Virus record (IMG/VR): IMGVR_UViG_2228664000_000024
Coordinates: 1-12,204 of that record
Length of the DNA: 12,204 bases
Origin: a virus
Lineage: Duplodnaviria; Heunggongvirae; Uroviricota; Caudoviricetes; Schitoviridae
Reading direction: 5' to 3' (one strand)
Shown here: positions 1-6,599 of the stretch, in pieces
Layout of the letters: the number at the start of each line of letters is the position of its first letter
How positions within the stretch are numbered: position 1 is the stretch's first letter
Program-made: the position numbers and the translations under genes
Notes under the pieces: generated by a model
What the model was told of the DNA's origin: nothing
Database searches by the model: none
What the model saw: the letters and a program-made list of their open reading frames with translations, nothing else

Positions 1-2
1 CT

Positions 3-110
3 GGCAGAATCTCAGTCGATATCATGGCTAAGATTTTGAAATGCAAGCCAGAAAGGATTAAGGGCTGGGCTTATAAACATGGATTATCGTTAAAAGTTAA
101 ACGTAAATAA
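3..110 (+). CDS. 3' end of a small helix-turn-helix-like protein (partial, 5' truncated)
   Basis: Manual translation of frame 3 gives GRISVDIMAKILKCKPERIKGWAYKHGLSLKVKRK*, open from the window edge to TAA 108-110. The pattern (MAKIL...ERIKGWAYKHGLSL) resembles an HTH. The stop overlaps the next ATG (TAATG). Not in the supplied ORF track. Confidence 0.6.
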   Translation, partial: GRISVDIMAKILKCKPERIKGWAYKHGLSLKVKRK

Positions 111-655
111 TGCCCATCCGGGCATTCAATGAGGTAGACATGAAACATCCTGATCTATCCCCTAAAGTTTTAAACTCCGAGTGGAAGATGCCACAACAAC
201 GCCCCACCAGAAAAGAACGTGCTATCGCTGCTGTTACACTGCAACTACATGAAGCACGTAACTTTTTAAAACTGTCTTCAAAATCGCACAAGGTTAAATT
301 CTGGCAATCCCAAGTTCGTAAGTATGAACGTGAGCTGGCCGAACTCGTAGGCGAAGCCGTAGAGGTCGAGCCAGCGGTTACAACAGAATTAACCGGAGGT
401 CGGGTAAATTATTACCTGGCTTCAGTGAACAACCCTCAGCGTGAGGAACAGCCCGGTTATATTGCAGAGTGTGAGGATATCATCCAAGCACTCAATATGA
501 CCTTCGACGAAGGGTGCTTGTTCAAAGCATTATGGCGTACAGCAGCAGCCCGTTTGGGTAATGGGAAGCCTGGTCAAAAGGCTACCTATGATGCTGAAAA
601 AATGGTTCACTACGCTGGTCGTATCTTAACCAAAACTAAGCGTGAGGCGAACTGA
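110..655 (+). CDS. DUF3310-like (T7 gp1.7 nucleotide kinase-related) protein with an N-terminal helical extension
   Basis: The C-terminal half GGRVNYY...ECEDIIQALNMTFDEGCLFKALWR...YDAEKMVHYAGRI resembles the DUF3310 pattern (ECIDxI...F..GN..K.LWR...D..K...Y..R). The start is either 110 (TAATG coupling) or 140 (ATG after GAGGT at 131-135). The stop overlaps the next start (TGATG). Confidence 0.6.
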   Translation: MPIRAFNEVDMKHPDLSPKVLNSEWKMPQQRPTRKERAIAAVTLQLHEARNFLKLSSKSHKVKFWQSQVRKYERELAELVGEAVEVEPAVTTELTGGRVNYYLASVNNPQREEQPGYIAECEDIIQALNMTFDEGCLFKALWRTAAARLGNGKPGQKATYDAEKMVHYAGRILTKTKREAN

Positions 656-1641
656 TGAGCGAAAAGCGTTATACCAACAATGCTGGTATCCCTCTATCAA
701 TGGCAGTCTTTTTAGCCGTTGATCACTATGACTACGTACCCGGTGTTATCTCTGCAACCTCACTACTGAAACCAGTGCGTCAATATGTACTGGCTCGTCG
801 TGTGCCTGCTGGTGCTAACATTCCTGATGTGGAAGACCTGATATCCAGTCGTATGGGTACAGCCATCCATGATGGCGTAGAGAAAGCCTGGCTTAAGCAT
901 TATCAACAAGCCATGCGTGACCTGGGATATCCACAGAAGATCATTGATCGCATCCGTGTAAATCCAGATCCGGCTACGGTAGTGGAAGGTGATATTCCGG
1001 TATATATGGAAATCCGTAGCTTCAAAGAAGTGAACGGTGTGAAGGTATCCGGTAAGTTCGACTTCGTAGGCAATGGTGCTCTGGAAGACTTTAAATCAAC
1101 GTCTACCTACACCTGGGTTAACGATACGAAAGATGAAGACTATGTTCTTCAGGGTTCTATCTATCGCTGGCTTAACCCAGATATCATTACCTCTGATATC
1201 TTTACTATCCAGTTCCTCTTCACGGACTGGTCAAAGGCTATGACCTTCAGGGATCCAAAGTATCCTCCACGCCGCATGATGCCTCGTAAGTTCCAGCTTA
1301 TGTCACTGGCTGACACTGAAGCTTACGTGATTAATCGGTTAAACCAGATTGCTCAGTACATCGATGCACCGGATGATGCTATCCCCGAATGTACCGATAA
1401 GGAACTTTGGCGTAGTGATCCTGAGTGGAAGTATTACAAGGATCCTAAAAAGAAAACCCGTGCTACTAAAAACTTCGACAATGAAGCTGAAGCCATTGCC
1501 CGCTGGCAAGCTGATGGTGGCGTAGGTGAAGTTGTCAAAATACCCGGCCAGGTTAAAGCTTGTCTTTACTGCCCGGCGTATCCCGTCTGCAAACAGAAGG
1601 ATCGGTTGATCGATTCTGGCGATCTGATCCTCGACGTATAG
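655..1641 (+). CDS. PD-(D/E)XK RecB/Cas4-family exonuclease with a C-terminal Cys cluster
   Basis: RecB-type motifs appear in order: GTAIHDGVE (I), SGKFDFV (II), LEDFKST (III, DxK) and LQGSIY (QxxxY, IV). The C-terminus has CLYCPAYPVC (Cx2Cx5C, nt 1561-1590). The position just upstream of the primase matches the N4-like layout. Confidence 0.85.
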   Translation: MSEKRYTNNAGIPLSMAVFLAVDHYDYVPGVISATSLLKPVRQYVLARRVPAGANIPDVEDLISSRMGTAIHDGVEKAWLKHYQQAMRDLGYPQKIIDRIRVNPDPATVVEGDIPVYMEIRSFKEVNGVKVSGKFDFVGNGALEDFKSTSTYTWVNDTKDEDYVLQGSIYRWLNPDIITSDIFTIQFLFTDWSKAMTFRDPKYPPRRMMPRKFQLMSLADTEAYVINRLNQIAQYIDAPDDAIPECTDKELWRSDPEWKYYKDPKKKTRATKNFDNEAEAIARWQADGGVGEVVKIPGQVKACLYCPAYPVCKQKDRLIDSGDLILDV

Positions 1642-1649
1642 GAGTCGTA

Positions 1650-3806
1650 ATGAAACCAGTAAGTGAAATGGCCTATCACCCGTTATCGGAAAAGGTCGTT
1701 GACATTCTCTGCACCAAAACCCAGAACGAAGAACGTCTGTTCTTCCGTGTAGTTCTGGCTTATTACTGGGCGCAAATGGCATCGTCAATGCGAGCAACCA
1801 TTCATGGTTATGACCGTGGTGATCTGCCAATCAATATCTATGCGCTTAACCTGTCACCGTCAGGTACTGGTAAGGGTTATTCAACCAGCCTCATCGAACG
1901 TGAAATCATTAACCAGTTCCGGGAGAACTTTCTGGAATACACGTTCCCTGAAGTTGCAGAGCAACACTTACTGGAGCTGGCCCACAAACGTGCAACACGT
2001 AAGAGCACCGCCAGTCAGGTCGTAGATCCTGACGACGAACTTGAGCGTGTACGTAAGGAGTTCGAAGGTCTGGGCAGCTTGCTGTTTAGCTTTGACTCCG
2101 GTACTACACCTGCCGTTAAACAGATGCGACATAAGTTGCTGATGGGTAACGCTGGTGGTGTGAACCTTCAGATTGATGAAATCGGTGCAAACCTGGTTGG
2201 TCAAACTGAAGTGCTGGATACTTTCCTGGAACTGTATGATCTCGGTATGGTCAAAGAGAAGCTGGTTAAATCAACCAGTGAAAACGTCCGTAATGAGCGT
2301 CTGATTGGGGCTACCCCGACCAACATGCTCCTGTTTGGTACTCCAACCAAACTGTTCGACGGTGACATTACCGAACGCCGTTTAAATGAGATGTTAGAGA
2401 TGGGCTATGCTCGTCGCTGTCTCTTCGGCTTCGTAACCGGATCTACTAAGAAGGCTGACGTTACTGCTGAAGAAATGATGAAGCAGATGTTCAACGCAGC
2501 CGGAAATGACTTCATCGAAGACTTGTCTACGCAGTTAGGCCGTCTGGCTGATGTAGCGAATATCCGTAAGAAGATATTCCTGCCCGAAGCTCAGTGTCTG
2601 GAACTACTGCGTTATCGCCTGTTCTGTGAAGAACGTGGTCGGGAATACAGCGAACACGAGTCTGTTAAAAAGAGTGAGATGGATAACCGTTTCTTCAAGA
2701 CCTTGAAGCTGGCTGCTGCTTATGCGTTTATCGATGAGTCGGCTGTCATTACTCAGGATCATCTTGAGAACGCCATCAAACTGGTAGAAGAGTCCGGCGA
2801 TGCTTTCGCCAAGCTCATGACACCAGAACGCCCTTACGTGAAGTTGGCAAAGTATCTGTCAAGATGCAAAACCGATGTTACGTTGGCTGACCTGGATCAG
2901 GATCTCCCATACTTCCGTGGCGGTAAAAACCAGAAAGATGAACTCATCACTATGGCTACTGCCTGGGGCTATAAGAACAACATCATCATTAAGAAAGCTT
3001 TCAATGATGGTATTCAGTTCTTACGTGGGGAAACTCTCAAAGAGACTAATCTCGATGAGATGATCCTGGCCTACAGTAAGCACATGACTGAAGGTTACAA
3101 GGCTGTCCGTGCGCCATTCGATAAGCTACATCAGTTAGTTCAGACTGACGGCTATCATTGGCTAAACCATCACGTCCGTGGTGGCTATCGCAACGAGGAA
3201 AATGCCGAGCCTGGTTTCAACCTTATCGTTCTCGATATCGATGGAACCATGAACCTGTCTACAGCTAAGCTGTTGTTGCAGGGGCAGAAGGCATTGTTCT
3301 ATACCACGAAGCGTCATACTGATGCGTGCAACCGTTTCCGTATCATCATGCCAGCGAACTATGAACTGGAGATGGACGCGAAGGAATACAAGGAGTTCAT
3401 GAATAACGTAATCGAAGGATTACCGTTTGAAGTGGATGAGTCCTGTACCCATCGCTGTAAGAAATGGTTATCGCATAAAGGTCACTTCGAGTATCAGGAC
3501 GGCGATCTGTTCGACGTGTTGCCATACATTCCGAAAACCAGTAAGAACGAAGAACGCAAAGCATTGCTGGACGATCAGCAGTCTATGGATAACCTGGAAC
3601 GTTGGGTTATCAATAACACTGGTGACGGTAATCGCAATAACATGCTTTTGCGTTTTGCAACCATCCTTGTGGATGCTGGTTTCGATGTTGCTGACATTCG
3701 TACTAAGGTCATCGACCTTAATGCGAAGCTCCCAGATAAGCTGGAAGACAGCGAGATCGATAGCTCCATTATGATCACCGTAGCCAGAAAACTGGCGAAA
3801 CCTTGA
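1650..3806 (+). CDS. N4-like DNA primase: N-terminal P-loop ATPase/helicase-like domain, AEP-type primase domain and PriCT-like C-terminus (718 aa)
   Basis: Start reassigned from 1560 to ATG 1650 (AGGAG at 1640-1644). Motifs: Walker A-like SPSGTGKG (1854-1877), Walker B-like LQIDEIG, GYARR, AEP-like LIVLDIDG (DxD 3234-3242), YTTKRH, RFRII, and PriCT-like GDGNRNNMLLRFA (from 3621). Confidence 0.85.
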   Translation: MKPVSEMAYHPLSEKVVDILCTKTQNEERLFFRVVLAYYWAQMASSMRATIHGYDRGDLPINIYALNLSPSGTGKGYSTSLIEREIINQFRENFLEYTFPEVAEQHLLELAHKRATRKSTASQVVDPDDELERVRKEFEGLGSLLFSFDSGTTPAVKQMRHKLLMGNAGGVNLQIDEIGANLVGQTEVLDTFLELYDLGMVKEKLVKSTSENVRNERLIGATPTNMLLFGTPTKLFDGDITERRLNEMLEMGYARRCLFGFVTGSTKKADVTAEEMMKQMFNAAGNDFIEDLSTQLGRLADVANIRKKIFLPEAQCLELLRYRLFCEERGREYSEHESVKKSEMDNRFFKTLKLAAAYAFIDESAVITQDHLENAIKLVEESGDAFAKLMTPERPYVKLAKYLSRCKTDVTLADLDQDLPYFRGGKNQKDELITMATAWGYKNNIIIKKAFNDGIQFLRGETLKETNLDEMILAYSKHMTEGYKAVRAPFDKLHQLVQTDGYHWLNHHVRGGYRNEENAEPGFNLIVLDIDGTMNLSTAKLLLQGQKALFYTTKRHTDACNRFRIIMPANYELEMDAKEYKEFMNNVIEGLPFEVDESCTHRCKKWLSHKGHFEYQDGDLFDVLPYIPKTSKNEERKALLDDQQSMDNLERWVINNTGDGNRNNMLLRFATILVDAGFDVADIRTKVIDLNAKLPDKLEDSEIDSSIMITVARKLAKP

Positions 3807-3813
3807 GGTAAAT

Positions 3814-4026
3814 ATGTCCGAACTGAAACACTATCAGTGCCACAAACAAGTACACGCTACGCCTATGACACTGGGCGAGTTCAAAACTCATTCAGGTAAG
3901 AAAGGCTTGATGGGTTCACCGGATGCCCCTGGCTATCTGGTGGTGTACAGCAAAGGCACCGAAGATGAGTACCACTCATGGGCACCAAAAGACGTGTTTG
4001 AAGCTGGTTACTCAGAAATCCAGTAA
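3814..4026 (+). CDS. Small phage accessory protein (70 aa, GYLVxY...SWxPKxVFExxY family)
   Basis: RBS GAGGT at 3805-3809 and a terminator downstream. The sequence ...HATPMTLGEF...PGYLVVYSKGTEDEYHSWAPKDVFEAGY resembles a widespread small phage domain. Confidence 0.8.
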   Translation: MSELKHYQCHKQVHATPMTLGEFKTHSGKKGLMGSPDAPGYLVVYSKGTEDEYHSWAPKDVFEAGYSEIQ

Positions 4027-4027
4027 T

Positions 4028-4043
4028 ACGCACTTCCGTGCGT
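4028..4043. repeat. Perfect inverted repeat ACGCAC-TTCC-GTGCGT immediately after the stop codon
   Basis: 6-bp stem with a 4-nt loop, read directly from the sequence; no U-tract of terminator quality follows. Confidence 0.55.
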
Positions 4044-4054
4044 TTGACGGCCTC

Positions 4055-4077
4055 TGCCCCCTAACGGGGGCATTTTT
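4055..4077 (+). terminator. Rho-independent terminator
   Basis: TGCCCCC-TAAC-GGGGGCA (7-bp stem) followed by TTTTT. Confidence 0.85.
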
Positions 4078-4094
4078 AACTGAAGGAGTTCATT

Positions 4095-4226
4095 ATGGAC
4101 GAAGATCAGAAACACCTACTCCAGGAGTTCTTAGCTGAACACTGGCATCTGTGGGAAGCTCACTGCGAGCATCGTGGTGTTGATCCCAACGATATCTACG
4201 TAAACCAGTTGGGAGGTGAAGAGTAA
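4095..4226 (+). CDS. Small 43-aa His/Trp-rich acidic protein (absent from the ORF track)
   Basis: AAGGAG at 4083-4088, ATG 4095, and TAA 4224-4226 overlapping the next ATG (TAATG). Translation: MDEDQKHLLQEFLAEHWHLWEAHCEHRGVDPNDIYVNQLGGEE*. Confidence 0.8.
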   Translation: MDEDQKHLLQEFLAEHWHLWEAHCEHRGVDPNDIYVNQLGGEE

Positions 4227-4969
4227 TGTCTCAGCAAGTTACCAACGACAACCTGGTATTGCTTGTAGGCAAAGCTGCAAACGGTAAGTCTACTTCCCTG
4301 CGTGGATTGAAAAACCCTGAAGGTGTAATGTACCTGAACTGTGAAGCTGGCAAGAAATTGCCATTCAAAGCTAAGTTCAAACAGTACAACATCACCGATC
4401 CGGTCAAGCAGATTCCGCAAGCATTTGCAGCGGCTGAAGCTAAGCCAGAAATCCATACCATCGTTATCGACAGCCTGACCTATCTGATGGATATGTACGA
4501 AAGCATGTATGTGCTGACGTTGCAGAACAAGATGGAAGGTTGGTCTAACTTTGCGCAGTTCTTTAAGTACATGATGCAGCAACTCGTTGCCAAGTCTACC
4601 AAAAACGTCATCTTCACTGCTCACGTTAAAGATGAAGTGACAGACGAAATGGTACGTGAAACTGCTGTGCCGATTAAAGGTGCGTTGAAAAACAATGGCG
4701 TTGAATCGTATTTCTCCTGTGTGATCGCAGCTAAGAAGAAGAAGCTGACTGACCTTGAAGGGTATCAGTCTGCCATGCTGAACATCACTCCGCAGGAAGA
4801 AGCATTGGGCTTCAAGTACGTATTCCAGACCATGATCACGAAAGACACGGTAAACGAACGTTTACGTGGCCCGCTGGATCTCTTTGCGCCTAACGAAACA
4901 TTTATCGATAATAACATGCAGTTGGTCTTAGACCGTTTGCATGAGTATTACGATGATGAAACTGCGTAA
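4226..4969 (+). CDS. AAA_24/Sak4-like P-loop ATPase (putative ssDNA-annealing recombinase)
   Basis: Walker A GKAANGKST (from 4268), VMYLNCE, Walker B IVIDSLT and VIFTAH. The 247-aa length and position near ssb fit the Sak4/RecA-fold phage proteins. Confidence 0.8.
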   Translation: MSQQVTNDNLVLLVGKAANGKSTSLRGLKNPEGVMYLNCEAGKKLPFKAKFKQYNITDPVKQIPQAFAAAEAKPEIHTIVIDSLTYLMDMYESMYVLTLQNKMEGWSNFAQFFKYMMQQLVAKSTKNVIFTAHVKDEVTDEMVRETAVPIKGALKNNGVESYFSCVIAAKKKKLTDLEGYQSAMLNITPQEEALGFKYVFQTMITKDTVNERLRGPLDLFAPNETFIDNNMQLVLDRLHEYYDDETA

Positions 4970-5477
4970 AGAAGATCTGACTCTCAACCTCCTCAGATCG
5001 GTACTGAAATATGACCCTGTTACTGGACATCTTACTTGGTGCGGTAAGTCTCATTCTAAGAGAATTGTTCTCGGTTCTCGCGCTGGCAGTCGGATTGCAT
5101 CTTCGGGCTATCGTAGCGTAACCGTATTCGGTACTACTTACCCAGAGCATATTCTCATCTGGTTCATGTACTACGGTAAATGGCCAGAGGGGCAAATCGA
5201 CCATATAGATCAAGTCCGTGACCATAACTGGATCACTAATCTCCGGGATGTAACATTCCTGGAAAACATGAGAAACCGTAAGGCTCTCAGTGGTACAGTG
5301 ACTGGTCATCAAGGCGTCTGGTTTAACAAGCGACGGAATCGCTATGTAGCTGAAATAACGATGAACGGTAAAAAGATTTACCAGAAGTCATTCACCAGTG
5401 CTTCCGAAGCTGTTAAAGCCAGGGGTGAAAAATTAATCGAACTCGGATTCCATGAAAACCACGGATCCGAAAACTAA
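4953..5477 (+). CDS. Free-standing HNH homing endonuclease with a C-terminal AP2-like DNA-binding domain
   Basis: N-terminal LKYDPVTGHLTW, HNH core IDHIDQVRDHNWITNLRDVTFLENMRN (from 5196), and AP2-like GVWFNKRRNRYVAEITMNGKKIYQKSF...EAVKAR. The start is probably ATG 4953 or 4956 (track gives 4941), overlapping the upstream stop. Confidence 0.88.
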   Translation: MMKLRKEDLTLNLLRSVLKYDPVTGHLTWCGKSHSKRIVLGSRAGSRIASSGYRSVTVFGTTYPEHILIWFMYYGKWPEGQIDHIDQVRDHNWITNLRDVTFLENMRNRKALSGTVTGHQGVWFNKRRNRYVAEITMNGKKIYQKSFTSASEAVKARGEKLIELGFHENHGSEN

Positions 5478-5492
5478 AGAAAAGGTAATGCA

Positions 5493-6254
5493 ATGAGTTT
5501 CTTAAACGCTGATGAGTACAATGCACAAGACGCAGTAGAAAAAGACGTAGTTGGTGGCGGCGGCTTTAAATCCCTGGCTTCCAACATTTACGACTTCACC
5601 GTAAACCACGCCTATTTCAGCAAAGCTGCTTCCGGTGCGCGTGCTGTTAACCTGGAACTGGAAACCAAAGACGGTTCCAAACATCGCTTCACGATCTACG
5701 TTACCAACCGTGAAGGTTCCATTAAGTACAAAGACAAACAGACTGGCGAGCTTAAGTATCTGCCTGGCTTCCAGACTGTCGATGCACTGTGCAAACTCGC
5801 CTCCGGCAAATCTCTGATCGAGCTTCAGGCGGCTACTGAGAAGCGTACTCTGAATCTGTATAACTACGATCAGAAACGCGAAGTTCCTACCGATGTTGAT
5901 ATGCTGATGCCGCTGCTGAAGAAAACTGTCAAAGCGGCTGTTGTTGAGCGTATCGAAAACAAAACCAAAAAGAACGAATCGACTGGTAAGTACGATCCGA
6001 TCAACGAAAAACGTACTACCAACGAAATCGTTAAGTTCATGCGTGAGCGTGACAGCATGACCGTTGGCGAAATCATCGGCAAAAAAGCCGAAGCTGAGTA
6101 CGCCAAAAACTGGCTGTCTGTCTGGGAAAACAAACCAGACGATCGCTTTAAAGAAGTAACTCAGGCTGGTAACGCTGGTGCGCCGGGTGGTGCATTCGCA
6201 GGGGGTGCTGAACCTGCTGGTACTACGGCTGGTCAAGACAACCTGTTTATGTAA
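5493..6254 (+). CDS. ssb: N4-type single-stranded DNA-binding protein
   Basis: RBS AAAGGT at 5481-5486 and strongly biased, high-expression-type codons. Segments resemble N4 SSB as I recall it (AYFSKAASGA, YLPGF, LYNYDQKREV, KYDPINEKRTTNEIVKF). It has a Gly/Ala-rich flexible tail ending QDNLFM. Confidence 0.85.
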   Translation: MSFLNADEYNAQDAVEKDVVGGGGFKSLASNIYDFTVNHAYFSKAASGARAVNLELETKDGSKHRFTIYVTNREGSIKYKDKQTGELKYLPGFQTVDALCKLASGKSLIELQAATEKRTLNLYNYDQKREVPTDVDMLMPLLKKTVKAAVVERIENKTKKNESTGKYDPINEKRTTNEIVKFMRERDSMTVGEIIGKKAEAEYAKNWLSVWENKPDDRFKEVTQAGNAGAPGGAFAGGAEPAGTTAGQDNLFM

Positions 6255-6269
6255 GTATCAGGTTGACCT

Positions 6270-6300
6270 AAGCCCACTTCGGTGGGCTTTCTCATCTTTA
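6270..6300 (+). terminator. Rho-independent terminator with a cUUCGg tetraloop
   Basis: AAGCCCAC-TTCG-GTGGGCTT followed by TCTCATCTTT, 15 nt after the ssb stop. The U-tract is interrupted, so termination may be leaky. Confidence 0.8.
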
Positions 6301-6314
6301 AACCAGAGGTATAT

Positions 6315-6599
6315 ATGTCTCAGCAAAACATTCAGCCAGTGCAAAACCTGGATCAGTTCGCTCAACTTATGGTTGACTGGCACACCGATGGTCAAAAGCA
6401 GGTTGCTTTAGCCAGTAACCCACCATCTGATGTTCGCATCAAAGCGATCATTCGCGGGAAAGAAAAGGTACTGAATCCGAATGAACGTGAAGCGTTCATT
6501 GCCGGGGTTCAGGTTGCTGGTGAAATCTTCAAGAACTTGCCATTCCAGTTTGTAGAACAGGAAGTTGAGCAAGCGGTTGATGGTGAAGCCGATGCCTAA
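6315..6599 (+). CDS. Hypothetical phage protein (94 aa)
   Basis: Start reassigned to ATG 6315 (GAGGT at 6306-6310); the track start at 6282 lies inside the terminator. Segments NLDQFAQLMVDWH and AFIAGVQVAGEIFKNLPF look like a conserved N4-like hypothetical protein (from recall only). Confidence 0.75.
   Translation: MSQQNIQPVQNLDQFAQLMVDWHTDGQKQVALASNPPSDVRIKAIIRGKEKVLNPNEREAFIAGVQVAGEIFKNLPFQFVEQEVEQAVDGEADA

Noticed and set aside
655-1641. Cas4-like gene as evidence of a CRISPR-Cas system
   Set aside because: No repeat-spacer array or other cas genes are visible; stand-alone Cas4/RecB-family nucleases are common in phage replication modules.
1560-1649. 30-codon N-terminal extension of the primase in the ORF track
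   Set aside because: It begins at a TTG without an RBS and overlaps the nuclease Cys motif; ATG 1650 has a clear AGGAG.
4028-4043. Hairpin as an N4 vRNAP-type ssDNA hairpin promoter (bottom strand ACGCAC-GGAA-GTGCGT)
   Set aside because: vRNAP promoters have a 3-nt GNA loop closed by C-G and lie in the early region; this loop is 4 nt and sits in the middle region.
5502-6236. 244-codon antisense ORF spanning ssb
   Set aside because: Explained by the ssb codon bias (few TTA/CTA/TCA codons, so few reverse-strand stops); the translation shows no recognisable motif or RBS.
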